Positions 1 to 13,603 of a stretch of 64,000 nucleotides of DNA are shown here, piece after piece. Position 1 is the stretch's first letter, and each line of letters opens with the position of its first letter. This DNA is from Octopus sinensis (Eukaryota): NCBI RefSeq assembly GCF_006345805.1, contig NC_043015.1:2542001-2606000 (forward strand), given 5' to 3'. The position numbers and the translations under genes are program-made. The notes under the pieces are model-generated. The model saw only the letters and a list, made by a program, of their open reading frames with translations, did not search any database and was not told where the DNA came from.

Positions 1-353
1 GACGATGAGGGTTCCGGTTGATCCGAATCAACGGAACAGCCTGCTCGTGAAATTAACGTGTAAGTGGCTGAGCACTCCATAGACACGTGTACCCTTAACG
101 TAGTTCTCGGGGCTATTCAGCGTGACACAGAGAGTGACAAGGCCGGCCCCTTTAAATACAGGTACAACAGAAACAGGAAGTAAGAGTGAGAAAAAGTTGT
201 GGTGAAAGAGTACAGCAGGGATCACCACCATCCCCTGCCGGAGGGAGCCTCGTGGAGCTTTAGGTGTTTTCGCTCAATAAACACTCACAACGCCCGGTCT
301 GGGAATCGAAACCGCGAGTCCGCTGTCCTAACCACTGGGCAATTGTGCCTCCA
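1..353 (-). mobile_element. tRNA-derived SINE family A, copy 1 (cut by window start)
   Basis: Near-identical to 15767-16147, 18389-18766 and 34445-34833. Minus-strand head has A-box-like and B-box (GGTTTCGATTCCC) motifs. Lacks the atcctacgaccgcg segment present in the other copies (deletion between accgcg repeats). Confidence 0.85.
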
Positions 354-1439
354 TTAAAACAACCGATTAGTACTGGCATGGTAGCCATCCCAATATACAA
401 CATTTTGTGTATCAATAAAAGATCGTTCGTAAAATGCATTGCGAATATAACAATTCGTTAAATGAAATAACTTTCACATTCTACTTATTAGCTTTATTTT
501 CCGATTATCGCTTTCCTTTCAGTCACATACATTCTATGCGCTAAAATCGAAGGATAAACACAGGAAATAATGAAAATATTATAATAGTAAATTCACATTG
601 CGGAATGTAACGGGAAAAATACAACGTCTTCGAAAATAGATTTTTTGCACAACCTTTAGTATAACGTACATTACTATTTTTCTGCATGAAGTGTCATTCA
701 TTGCCCCATCTCGTCCGTGACACATTCAGTCTTCATACAATATCTGGCTTAGTGTTGGGTTGTCTTGACTGCGTTATTTCCATTTGCCAAGTAAACACGA
801 TATGAATTGTTTACCAATCGTCAGTTTAAGGAAACTAAAATGATGTAGATTTTCTAATGTTTTATGTTTCTTTAAAGTGGTTCTTAAAACGCCCTCAAAT
901 TAGTGAATATCGAAAGGTAACTTATAGGATATATATATTTCTTGAGGAATCAGGAAATTGTTATGCTTTATGTGAGTATAAGAGTATAAATATTATATTT
1001 GGATAAAGTCATAAGTATTAATTCTTAGAAATTCGCTCACCGGTTTTTGTTTCTTAATATTTCTGAATGTATCCGGCAGTTTTAAGAATGTCATCGAATA
1101 AAAATACAGTAGAAAGGAGGCACAAGCTACAATAGGTGATCGTGTTAATAAAAATATCAATTTTCACCCTTCCTAAATATCACAATGGTCCCAACACAAT
1201 ATTTCATATAATCCTTGCAAAACAAATTAAAAATCAAAATTTTATACGCTGATATCAGTGACAGCTAGACATCATGTAAATAAATATAGAGTAGCGGATT
1301 ATATAAGTGGTATGGTTTCGAACAATATACTCTATTCTCTTCCATTCTTTCTAAATCCAACACAGGATGATTTAATTTTAATTATTTAATAAATAACGGT
1401 TTCACAGTTTGTCAAAACCTAGCAAGTTTGAGAAAAGAG

Positions 1440-1570
1440 CTAAGTGGAATATATTGACCCCGATGCTTTACTGGAGCTTATGTTATCGACCCAGAAAAGA
1501 TGAAAGGCTAAAGCGACGTCAGCGGAATTTGAACACAGAATGTAAAAACGTGCGAAATGTCGCAAAGTGT
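1440..1570 (-). mobile_element. SINE family C fragment, degenerate
   Basis: tatcgacccagaaaagatgaaaggctaaagcgacgtcagcggaatttgaac matches the core of 14298-14535 and 28746-28965. Confidence 0.65.
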
Positions 1571-3149
1571 ACTAAATATTACACGGATAGATACAATCGG
1601 GTTGCCTGTTGGTTACTGCATGACCATATCAGAATTACGGAACCCAATAAATTCTGAAAGTAAAATGATTTATACATGAAATAGTAACTTTGTGCGCATA
1701 AATAACAATCTTATAATTTGTTACATTTTTCGGAATATATCTTCGCTCTGTTTTTCACATACATTTTAAACATTGATAACACACCCAAATACATATTAAG
1801 ATAGTATGAACACTCCATAACTGTGATACATACAATAAAGAGAAGAATTCTGATATAACCATATTTCAGAAAGCAGGGAAAACGCTAGCTATAAAATAAA
1901 TTATTACTCAATTTCAAAAACTGATACGGAGTCATAAACCCTAAACAAAACGTTACAATGATTGATTGAATCACAGACAAAATTTATAAGGATTTAACGA
2001 TAAGATATGAATCAATCTACATTACGTAAACTCCAATGTTTATCATACGTCATTTTGACAGAGTGTTTCACAAACCCTTACAGATTAGTTCATATTTATT
2101 GTATTAAGTCGATGTTAATGGTTGCTATATATGCTCTATTAACAAACTTTCATATTTTGTGTATACGTAACAGCATCTTCATGCAATAAGATTTATCCTG
2201 TGTACGAGCTTCTTCGGTATTCAGCCACAGATACCCATTGCTCTCACACTCTCAACGAATATTATGGCATCAGCGGTAAAATAGGAAATGGTAATGATTA
2301 TAAGTTTTCCTAATTAACTTAATTAGCATTGTAAATAAATGTAATTAACTAATGCTAGCAATTCCAATCCCCTATAGTATTATACTGACCATTCATCTTC
2401 CATTAGTCGATATTTATTCTTTTTCATTTGAGAATCAATTGATTGTTATATAATACATGCTGTGGAAGGGAACTAGTTTACTCCAACTGTAAGATATAAG
2501 TCATCTTCAATATTATTAGTTATTTAATTGTGAATAACATTGTTGATTGGCAATTTGTGTCAAACAGCGTCTTTGGCCAATGAGTAGATTTTTTCATTAT
2601 AATAATGAAAGTCTGTGTTGGAATGTAACTTACTTGCATTCAGCTTCTGCTGAAAAGCACTGAATGAGCAATTACTGTGTTCGACTGTGTCGAATACTTC
2701 TTAATTTAGTGAATTATAACTTACCAGTTGATTTCTGGTGTTGGTATTTAAAACGATTCGTATTATGTAAATGCCTATATGAAAATCTGTTATTTTACAT
2801 TCGCTTGCCTGTCAGGCATTCTATTGATGAATCTACTGCTTGTGGTAATGGGGAATGCATTAATGCACACGTGTTCCGGAAGTCCGTCGATAAATATTCC
2901 CTGAATGTTACTTCAACCTATTGAGTAATTAAATTCCAAATTCCTTTCTATGACAAAGAAACTTATTACACTACGCTCACATGGAGGATCGATAACATGA
3001 TCTCATGGATTCTATTTACAATATTAACAGTATTATCCCGAGATTAAAATTAACAACTCTTAAGTTAATTAACTTATTCCAGAATATATGGAATTTGGAT
3101 TGAGATACTCTACGGAACATTCTACTTTATTGTCACAACTTTCCCTCAC

Positions 3150-3290
3150 TCTTTCCTTCTGCATCTTGCAGTTCACCTGCGACGGACCGGCATCCCGTCA
3201 AGTTGGGGAACCTATACGCCAAGGAAATCGAGAAACCGACCCTATAATCCAGGCATAGCTTGAGAAGGAAGAAACAATTCATGAAGTTAG
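3150..3290 (+). mobile_element. Possible SINE body fragment
   Basis: GC-rich island gttcacctgcgacggaccggcatcccgtc resembles a SINE central-domain motif I recall (ctgcgatggactggcgtcccgtcc). Single copy in this window. Confidence 0.3.
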
Positions 3291-5340
3291 AAAACATTGA
3301 AGATGTCATTTTCTGTATGGATTTTGAAACAAACGTTTCGCTAGATAATATAAGAAATGCTTCACTAGATAATATTAGTAATACTCATTTAATTTCCCAC
3401 AATGTAATCGCATGAATAAGGGCATAACCATGTAGGTGACACATTTGTGATGCTTATAGAATTTCCTGGAAGCATTCCACTTGTACACGATGTTGTCCAC
3501 ATTTTCTTTCTTTATTCAATTATCGAATAATATTTGAATTTATGAATTATCTGATTGGATGGATGTGCTTACAATACAATACATGTGGATATGAAGTAAT
3601 ATATCAGTTTGCTAATTTATAAACTGGTTTTATTTATTTAAGAATCGAGCTATGCTAATATCCTGAAATTCTATTACGTTACTCGAGAATGTTTAAACAA
3701 AATTGTAATTTCAGCGCATAGAAACTTACCGTAATTGTACTATGTTACTCATGACAAACTGAAAATATTATGAATCATAAGATGAATAATATTTGGTATT
3801 AGATTTGCGCGAAATTCTATCGAAGTGAGATTTCAATCTAATACCTCAATTTTTCTTATGAATATCTGGATATTTAAAGCTGACATTGAATGCATACTAA
3901 TTGTCGGAAAATAATTTGCATATTTACGTATTTGGAATTTACTCCCTGTTTCGTTTATATCCTGTGAACAGTTGAAGTTAGAAATTCAGAAGATATACGT
4001 GACATACATCGGAAGATAAACTTCTATAAATTATTGATTTAATAAGCAGTGATTCCGTGTCCAAATCAAATATAATAACTGGAATTTGCAAGGAGCTAAT
4101 GGCATGAAGTAATTAATACAAATTTAGGAAAAAACAGTGTATGATGAGTAGTATTAGGTAGATTTGAGCGAAGTGATATGCTGCACAGCAGAAACGCTGA
4201 CTGTGTGTAAGTGTGTGTGGGGGTACCATAACTAGTTAAAGTCACTGCGTTGTAATCCTTTCCAGTATGAATTGCAGATAATCAAAGAATGTAGTTAATA
4301 TTACAGAAAAGCATGAGCACGTAATCACACACATGTTTGCACATACACAGACATGTAACACTTACACACAAAAAAATGCATATACACAAAACCTTAAACG
4401 TACAAATACACACACACACAGACACACGCACACAAACACACATATGTGTGGTGGTGTGGCTGTAGGCACATTCATGTCTTAATATAGACGTGCTTTAATA
4501 AGACCATAAACCTGTCTAAAGAAATATCGAAACCACGTCTGTTCTCTACTCAAATTGTGCATGGTGGTTTTACTAAATTCCCTTATGTAGGGAAGAAATG
4601 TTAAACACAGATTTCCGGAATTTAGATGTTGACAAAAAATTTTAAATAAAGTTACACTTTCTATGGTAGGTATTGAATCAGAATAATTCTAGCTATGAAT
4701 TGCTAATAATAGTTAGCTCGTTAACAGAATTCTAAAGTGAATTAATATATAATTTGGCATAGCTTGCTTCATAATTATAAATATCATTTGAACTTGCGAG
4801 ATAAAAGCCGTGGCAACTTCCCAATAAACGCTAGCTTCCTAATTAGTTTTATATTTTGCCATCTATTCCTTCGGGAAATAATTCCATAAAGATTGAGATA
4901 GAAAGATTTGCAGATTGCTTTAGTAATTATCTCACAACTTCCTACTGATTGATGCAATAGAAATAAAAGTTTTGTAATAAATATGTATAAATATGTATTG
5001 TGGTGAATATACGGAGCTTTACCTAATATTTGCTGTATTATATGTTCGATATTATAGAGGCACGCCAGGGTTACAAAATAAAAAAAAAAAAACACAATGT
5101 ATTTCCTGAAATATGAAATAGAGTAAACAGATTTTGGAAAGCAACTATAGAAATCACAATTAGAAATATTAAACTCAGTGTAGTATACAATGCGGAGACA
5201 TAGGATTCACTAATACGTAATTTACTCATGTTACAAAAGACACCTACATTGCATCATTTGAAATAGACAAACCATCGCAAAAGCAACACAACGAATACGT
5301 AATGTATTCTCATTTAACGTCGAATTAGATTAAATACCGT

Positions 5341-5370
5341 GGATCTATCTATCTATCTATCTATCTATCA

Positions 5371-5438
<68 letters not shown>

Positions 5439-5500
5439 GTCTATCTGCCTGTCTGTCTGTTGGTCTTTCTATCTGTCTGTCTACCTATTTATTTATCTAT
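5341..5500. repeat. (TATC)n microsatellite decaying into (TGTC)n
   Basis: Read directly; explains ORF 5339-5554. Confidence 0.95.
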
Positions 5501-8027
5501 CAATCATACCATGTGTTTATAAACAGATTAAATACTTATTTTCGCTTGGATTGATCAGGTGATGTAGATGCCTCTAACAAAATCCCAATGAAGTTCGAAT
5601 ATTCGATCTACGGAGAAGTAGCAAATCCTTCTCAGTTTGTACATCTACTGCATAAACTACATAAAGCATATTATACCTTGACATTGTATGGACTGTGACT
5701 CCATTTAACCAAAAAAAAAAAAAACTGTTATTAAATGATGTTTCAAAGAGTAGTTAGTGTTCGCAGAAGCTATTGGATATGTTGTTTATAGAAACCGATT
5801 TGCTACATGTTACTTAGATATTGGTCAAGTGATGTTGCTCTCAGGCGAAAGCAATCAGATAAGAAAATCGATTGCTACAATTTGTAACTGTTTCTATCTA
5901 CATCTTATATTATATATATATAAAGATATACGTACACATATGTGTGTATGTATTTACATACATATACGTACATATGAAGTCAGCTAGATAAACGAACATA
6001 TAAATATATGTGTACGTGTCGGTTTTTTTCTGCGTGTGTGTATGTATGTGGCTCATTAAATCCGGTGAAATTTTAATCAAGGAGGAATTAAATTCGATCT
6101 TACAAGTTGAACAGCATTAAACACAATGTCTTATACACAAAAACCGCATACATTTTATGATAAATTTTTGGCGGGAATGATGGGAGCTGAAGACAGTAAA
6201 TTCAAGGCCAGCTATGACGTAGAACCAGGGAAGCGAAAACAGATTGAATGCAGGAAAACAGGTGCTACATATATAAGTGAAATGTTCCAAAGAAGAGAGA
6301 AAGAAAGAGAGTAGGAAAATAAAAGATTCATCTGAGAATACGTCCATTACAACAATGAATTACATGCTGCACGGAATCTGCGCCTTCGGTTTACATGATG
6401 CATCTGAAAGTTCTGAAAGATGCAGCGCATCTTGTAAATAATTAATCTCATTTAAATTTGGGACGGTTAACGAGGGCTCACCGGGAATATTACTGTGATT
6501 TTATTCGCATGATTTTCATATGACAAATGCCTTCAATTAGTTTGGTGCTTTTTCCGTTTTATGATGTCATATCTCTTAAATCTCACTCTTTAAATTTTGA
6601 TATCTGCTCAGTTTTTCAAATTGTATTATTGACATGTTTTTACCAGATACAATTCTATTAAATAATTTTTAGAAATGGCATTTTCGGTTCTGCATCATCA
6701 TGGCGTCTCTGTTTATCTTGCATTGGTCTAATAGTGCTAGAATATCCATTAGAATTTCCTTTGAAAACTGGATGTGGGTGGTGTTCATCTGGCTTCATGC
6801 TAGTTTCTCTATTTTGTGACTGTACAACTCGTATTGTTGGAACATTCCTACTCAATGTGCTAATTTCTTCTATACATTTGGTGCCTGACACGGACAGTCT
6901 GAATCATGGCGTGATATTGTAACATCAAAATGTCCGAGAACCTGTTTTTGAATCTATAACATACCATAAGGCACGTAAATTGTAGATACGACTGATCAGT
7001 GTTTGGGCATATGAGAAATTTATGAGGCGTTATGATTCTCCTGCTGCGAAACTCTCATAAACTGATCGGGGTTTTCTTATCGCATTAGTATATTTGTTCT
7101 GGCACACATACGAAACAGGATCTGGGATTTTTGCTTGCTGCATTACTTTTACGCATTGCGTGGTAGAAAATGTATTGGGTTGTTCACTTACTTCAAGCGG
7201 TGTATTTAATAACTTTCCATTCCATTGATCAAAGATTTGTTGTTGTCGGACAGCAACGTCTCTTGCAAGGTCCTAGCCTTTTGTGATATCGCTGTATCAT
7301 TCTGACATTGCTCTTCCAATGCAACCATGAGTAAATTTGTAGAGTTGGGCTTGTTTAGTTAATTGTTTAGGCAAATATTATTTAGCAAAATAGAAAACGC
7401 ACACCTAATCGAAGTCAAATATCCTTTTCATATTTTTTGGGAGTCAATAAATTGTAGGGCGATGGTTCTTGCCTCTAGAACAGCTGGTCACGTGCCAAAG
7501 ATGCAAAAATCTATTATGGAAAGCCATACCTAGAATTGCTACTCATTTCTCTGTATCTGATGCCTATATATAGTATTTTGAATATTTATGTAGCTTATCT
7601 TTACTATTCGATAACACGAAATATGAGAGAGATGCCTCGTGGCATTAGATTTCATATACCGGTTATCTCTTTTTCTAGAAATTTCTATTTGGATAATTTC
7701 TATATTCGAAATTCACATGGCAATTTCTCTTCCTACTAGACCTAGAAAAACATATCACGTATTGTTTTTTTATTATTGTTTGGGTTTGTGTGTGTGTATG
7801 TGCGCGCGCATACGTGCACTTTCGTGCAAGTGTACTATCGTGATAAAGAGTAAACTTCTTTTGCAATTTTATCGATTTTCTGGAGATACATATACTATAT
7901 CTTCTCCGAAAGTATTTTATATTACTGACTTAGCTTCCAAACAACGGGCTTTCAAAATCAGTGCTGCTTCTCAATGTATTATATCTTATTTAAAATAAGG
8001 TTTATGCTTATTCCACCATTTGTTACG

Positions 8028-8570
8028 TATTATTATTTTTGTGGTTGTTGTTACTTTGGTTAGGCTCAGGATTTGTAGATGAGGTGGGTAGTGGGTGACT
8101 ATGTGTAACCTTAGGTATCCACAAGTTTTCAGCAGTTTTTCAAGTGTTTAGAAACCCCCTGATAATACTTTCTGTCCCTAAGAGACAAAACTTTCTCTAA
8201 GACCTCCACCGGGCATTCTATTCCAGTCTTCTTCAGCCACTTGTCTAAACTTGGTTTACTGTTCCCAACGCACAAATTATTGTAGGCACGAAAAATACTC
8301 ATCGCATGCTCCCAATTCTTCCTATTTCAAATGATTTCGTTGTTTTTCTCCCTCTTTCTTTATGATATTGGAATCAAACGGGCATAATTGATTGATAAGT
8401 AACTTCGCATTCCGTATCTATAATGTCCTCTTCTGCAATTTACTTATTAAGTTGCACTGAACGAGTCCTTGTGTAATATCTTGTCCTGTAAATTTCCAGG
8501 TTGAGAATCTGAAGAATATTACTTCCCTTGCTCACAATTTGCTATGTAGTCCATGTTTTTTCCAGTGTGT
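8028..8570 (-). pseudogene. R4/Dong-like (restriction-like endonuclease) non-LTR retrotransposon 3' relic
   Basis: Manual minus-strand translation across frameshifts gives LLINQLCPFDSNIIKKEGEK, VPTIICALGTV and LDKWLKKTGIECPVEVLEKV, matching the (D)xACPFD..KExEK / PIVIGALGTV / LQK endonuclease C-terminus. The 3' end runs into aataataata. Confidence 0.6.
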
Positions 8571-9109
8571 TCTATTATGCTAATTAATTATACGTCAAAT
8601 GGGTCAATTAGCGATGTCGTTGAAAAAATTTTCCTTACCTTAATGGCGCCCGTGACTTATATCAAAAATCCTCTTATAGTACTATGTTCAGTAAAAAGTA
8701 TAGAAATATATTATCGCGCTCAAATTTGAGAAACAAACACTCATAACTTTTTTATTTTAAAACTTTATTGCTTGCGATTAAGACCATGAAATTTCTTGAA
8801 CTTATCTGTATCATTTACGCTTATTTTAAATATATTTCTTTTTAAATAAAAAAAAATTTAAGAATTCTTAAATCTAATGTATGAGTTTGCTATTATTTTT
8901 TCATGATATTTTACCCTACACCTTTTTGATAAAAAACTTTATTCCCTGAGAAGAAGACCATCAAAATGTTCATGCTTTGTTCTATCGTTTAAGATAAGAT
9001 AAATTCGTTTTGTTTATAAAAGAAAAAAAAATGCTTTTATGTCATCAGAAATTCAATCAAACCCGTTGTAAATTCAGTGCAAACTCGTATTTTATTACTT
9101 TCTTCTTTA

Positions 9110-10700
9110 CCTAAACAGTTATTGATATCACTTCTGAATAATCAATTTTTCTATACCTCCAAGCTTCTCAGGTATACCTAATTTGTCGTTGACTTGATCC
9201 AACGCTACGAAAAGTACAGCTCGCATGGGTTTAAATACTGGGACAACCTTTTCTTTCACTTGAAAGTTTACTTTTGTCTTGGTGCACATGCCTAATTCTT
9301 TAGAAAAAAAAAACATCAGGAGAAATCTGAAGTTCTTTTTTAAATTCTCCGACGTCTTATTTGAAATGGTATAAGAACCGTTTACATTATTACAAAAAAT
9401 ATTTATGGCGAGGTTTCATAAATAGGTTTTGTCGTATTTTTGGGGTGAAAGTTTTTCCATGAAATAACATCGCAATTGTTTCCCTGGAACACCATGCACA
9501 GATTTCGAAGATTTTTTTAACGTAGGCTTTCCTATTTGTCTCCGTGTATCATCGTTAAAAATCGTGATATCACTATCTGTATCCAACTGCAGTCTCGTTT
9601 TAACATTCTTCATTTTTATAGAGACAAATTTTCTTCTTTTTGCGTCGCTTTGCATTTTTTCTCGAATTGTTTTCGTTCGACCTTCTTTGTCTCAGCCATC
9701 GATGTGAATTCTTATGTCCAATTTTTCCACATCCAATTTTTTAATGCATTTCTTCACACCTATAACATGGTTTGGTTCTTGATAATTTTATTTCTTTTTT
9801 CTTATCTGTTACAGGTCGACACGTATGTCTATTTGAAAAATATTTTTCAATTTTTTCTACAGTAATTTTTCAGTTACTGCCTGTACAGATAGTTTCGAAT
9901 CGTGTTCCAGTTTTGTCAATATCTGACCCCGTATCTTTGCATTTCTTCTTGCAGTTACTCTTTGTACAGGGATTAGACAATTGAAACCGGCGTTAATTAA
10001 TTTAATTTCAGTTTTTCACATTCTCACTTTACAATTTCGACATACGAGACGAAATCTTCATTTTCATATTTTTTTTTTTCAAATTCAAGCACTCCCAGTG
10101 AATATTAAATTGTGAACTTCTTCACTGAATATTTTAGATAACAGGTTAATTGTTTCCTCGAAACAAATTTCGGATGGTTTTCTCGGCAGGATGTAATCAC
10201 AATACTTTTCATGTTCTGCGGGTACATTCTTTTCGTCCGTCGAGTTTCTACATCTTTCTTTGAAGATTCCTTCATTAATTCTGAATTATGCAGGAACCGT
10301 AATCCCTTCTCGATTATAGGTAAATTATTCAATTGAACTATCAACGCCGTCTGCTAAAAACGAATCTGTATTGTTTTTGGACTGTAACAATAATTCTAAC
10401 AACTGTTGAATTTGTTGTTTTTTGTTGTTGTAGTGTCTGTTGTACCTGCAGTTGCTTTTTCTGTTGTTCTTGTTGTTGTTGTAGTTGTCGCTGCAACTAT
10501 TGCTGCAGCTCTTGTTGTTCTTGTGGTTACCGTTGCAACAGCAGCACGGAAGCTGAAAAATTTTCTATGCTAAGAATTTCCACTGTGAGCTTCGAAAGTC
10601 TCGTCGCCGCTATTATATCCTGGGGTCTGAATATAGACTACTCTGTAACTTTTTTTAAAACACTACAAAAACTAACAAACATGTAACAAACTTATATCTC
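9110..10700 (-). pseudogene. Ty3/Gypsy LTR retrotransposon gag-pol relic (K02A2.6-like), internally deleted
   Basis: Poly-Q gag N-terminus then SSIE*FTYNREGITVPA*FR (about 10260-10350). Protease LQLDTDSDITI (ORF 9416-9655; DTG degenerated). Start of RT PVFKPMRAVLFVALDQVNDKLG..EKLGGIEK (ORF 9128-9316). Many stops and frameshifts. Confidence 0.8.
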
Positions 10701-10844
10701 TTCTCAACGACTTCTACGACTGCCTTCACAAATGCAACTACACACACTACACTATGCATCGCACAGGCAGTACACATTCGCTTTTATAAGGTTTAGGAGT
10801 GTTCATTGCTATCCCAGAGGGATGTCAGGATTTTACCTCGCAAC

Positions 10845-11015
10845 TGTGGAGAAATTAGTACGAGCAAGTGATCCTAATCTAGGTATGAGTCTGTAAATTG
10901 GAGAGCATGAGGGAGTGCTTGTAAATTTGGAGTCTATGGGTATGTGAGTTTCCTCGTGTTGCCCCAGCTGCAATTTCTCTGCTATCAGTTGTAAGACGTC
11001 AGTTAAGTTATCACA
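10845..11015 (-). mobile_element. Candidate 5' LTR of the Gypsy relic
   Basis: Segment bounded by TGTGG...TCACA. On the minus strand it is followed by gttgcgaggtaaaatc, similar to a degenerate primer-binding site. No second LTR seen. Confidence 0.3.
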
Positions 11016-11019
11016 AGCC

Positions 11020-11170
11020 TTTTATTCTATTTATTTGTTTTACTCTTTTAATTGTTTTAGTCATTTAACTGCGGCCATGCTAGAGCACGGAGTTAAAGTG
11101 TGTTTTAGATTAAGAAATCAACACGAGACTTATTCTCTGTAAACCTAGTACCTCATCTATCGGTTTCTTA
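11020..11170 (-). mobile_element. SINE family B 3' fragment
   Basis: agtcatttaactgcggccatgctagagcac...gacttattctctgtaaacctagtac matches 28035-28160. Confidence 0.7.
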
Positions 11171-11910
11171 ACATGGAGTGCAAAAACAAACATTTTCGCA
11201 ATATTTTGCTTTTTGATTTGCGTAAATTCAAGGAAGCTGTGTAGACTCACAAAGAGATATGTTCTGATTCTTTTGTGATCGACCTTCCCTATTCTCATTC
11301 GGGACCAATGGAAGAATTACATTTCAAGTAACATGGGCGATATAATCGACTAGCCGCGTGCCTGAAAATTATAGTAGAAATATTATTGCACTAATTGTTT
11401 ATTTCGTTTCTAACAACATATGCAGCATTTCAGTACATATGTCCTGATTTCATTTAAGGATGTCGCATTTTGCGTACGTGAAGCATCAATTTACAATTCT
11501 ATTGAGTTTATATTTATAATCATTTATCTCTAGGCTTCAGTAAACGCAATTGTAATCTGCATTTAATATATATGAATACGTGAAATGCATTACAAAGCAG
11601 GTAAATAGGATTACATATATTATCCGGGGAAATTAAACCAAATTATATTGTATGGTAATGACATATTAATTTCTATTCATTTAATAAATATTGTCGTTTT
11701 ATTAAATATTTTTCCCCCTTAGATAAGCACTTTAATATACGTCGATTTAACGGTTGGGCAAATTTTGTATGTGCGGCTTATTCGGGAAATGAACATTGAT
11801 ACATCTCCAGACGACATACTAACAAATGGCTAAACTTCTGCTGACAAAATCAGTTGTACACGCGCGATAACACTGCATATACACCCATACATATGTAATA
11901 CATGTGTGTG

Positions 11911-11914
<4 letters not shown>

Positions 11915-12001
<87 letters not shown>

Positions 12002-12005
12002 ATAT
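11915..12005. repeat. (TA)n microsatellite
   Basis: Read directly; source of the IYIY ORFs 11819-12110. Confidence 0.97.
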
Positions 12006-12339
12006 ATGGCAGCACATAAAAACACATTCTGTTTATTAGATAATATTTATCTTAGACAAGATGGAGTACATTTTTCGTTGATCTTACCATCATGGAGCAG
12101 TAAAATTTAGACATATATATTTACATAAATAATCTACAATAAATTTTCGGTTCAATTTGGCACATAAATCGCGACATCCTGATATGTATGTTTCTAATAA
12201 CAGAATATCCTGTGTACGGACATGCCACCCTATCACTTGTGATGTCCCAGTAAGATGTTCAAATTAACATTACCCTAATTAAATTATTATAAATGACTTG
12301 AGATACTCGTCGTGCCTTGGTTTTTCTTGGGCCCATTAA

Positions 12340-12530
12340 ATCTATTTGGATGGATTTGGTAGATAGAAACGGAAAGAAGAACGTCGCGCATATGTGTGTT
12401 TGACCTACACCTTCACCTGACAACCGATGGAGTAAGTGCTAGTCTTACAAAAGTCCTGGAGTCGATTTGTTCGACTAGCAGCGGTGCAACACCAAGGCCA
12501 CTGTCACATAACTGAAACAAACGAAGAAAA
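12340..12530 (+). mobile_element. SINE family B, degenerate and internally deleted
   Basis: tggatttggtagatagaaacggaaagaag...gacaaccgatg...gtcctggagtcgatttgttcgact...actgaaacaa matches both halves of the 61283-62496 copy. Confidence 0.6.
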
Positions 12531-12552
12531 TAATAAGGTATATATATATATA

Positions 12553-12771
12553 GGCAGAATTCACAAAAGAAACAGAACACGAAGATATGTCGTGTAGACA
12601 ACAAACAGATGTATTAGTTTACCGCTCGAGAAATGAAACAGTCTTTTACGTTTCAAGCCTACGCTCTCCCACAGAAAAGAACACAGACAGAAACAAGGAG
12701 AGAATATAAAAATATATAGTGGCTAGCGATCTATCATTGCGAATGCCGGACAGAGGGGTAACACAGGAGAG

Positions 12772-12773
<2 letters not shown>
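12553..12773 (-). mobile_element. (TA)n-embedded Penelope-like terminal fragment with minimal hammerhead variant
   Basis: Flanked by TA repeats on both sides. Minus strand 12680-12642 reads ucuuuu CUGUGGG A GAGC guag GCUU GAAAC GUA aaaga. A related fragment lies at 29010-29124. Confidence 0.6.
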
Positions 12774-12815
<42 letters not shown>

Positions 12816-13440
12816 CTGTGTATGTGTATATTAATATGTTGAAACGTCTGTAAAATCCTTGATATATTCAGCAACATTTTGAAGTGCAACGTACATGAGA
12901 AGATAACATGAACCTATAGAATGAAAAAAAAAGAACCTGGTACGTAACATTTGCGATTGATATGAAAGTCAAGATAACACTTGTAAACATCAATAGTCTA
13001 GTTCAATAAATGTTTCAATGAATTTATTGACTTAAATCACAGACACATTCGTGATGGATTTATTGATTCTATCAAGATATAAATAAAACCCTTCATAACT
13101 TTGCAATAATATTGATATAAATTCAAAATCGAGTAGAGACAAACCATCTTTATGTCCCTTACTGATATTTACCGTGATCGGGTTCGCACATTCTTAACAC
13201 ACAGACACACACACTCACAAGCACACATAAGCAAACATACACACACACAGACACACATACTCATAAACAGACACAACCATACACAGACGCACTTAAGTAC
13301 ACTCATATATAAGTATGATAAATATATATGTATATATATATGTGTGTGTGTGTGAGTGTGTGTGTGTTTGCCTGTGTGCGTGCGGCGTGTGTAAGTGTGT
13401 GTAACGCTGTGTAGTAAACATTTGCTCCACAACGTCGTGT

Positions 13441-13444
13441 ATAC

Positions 13445-13521
<77 letters not shown>

Positions 13522-13545
13522 TATATATATATATTAATATATATA

Positions 13546-13601
<56 letters not shown>
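13441..13601. repeat. Interrupted (TA)n microsatellite
   Basis: Read directly. Confidence 0.95.

Positions 13602-13603
<2 letters not shown>

Noticed and set aside
10333-10686. Cys-rich ORF resembling a metallothionein or keratin-associated protein
   Set aside because: It is the antisense of the poly-Q (CAA/CAG) Gypsy gag N-terminus.
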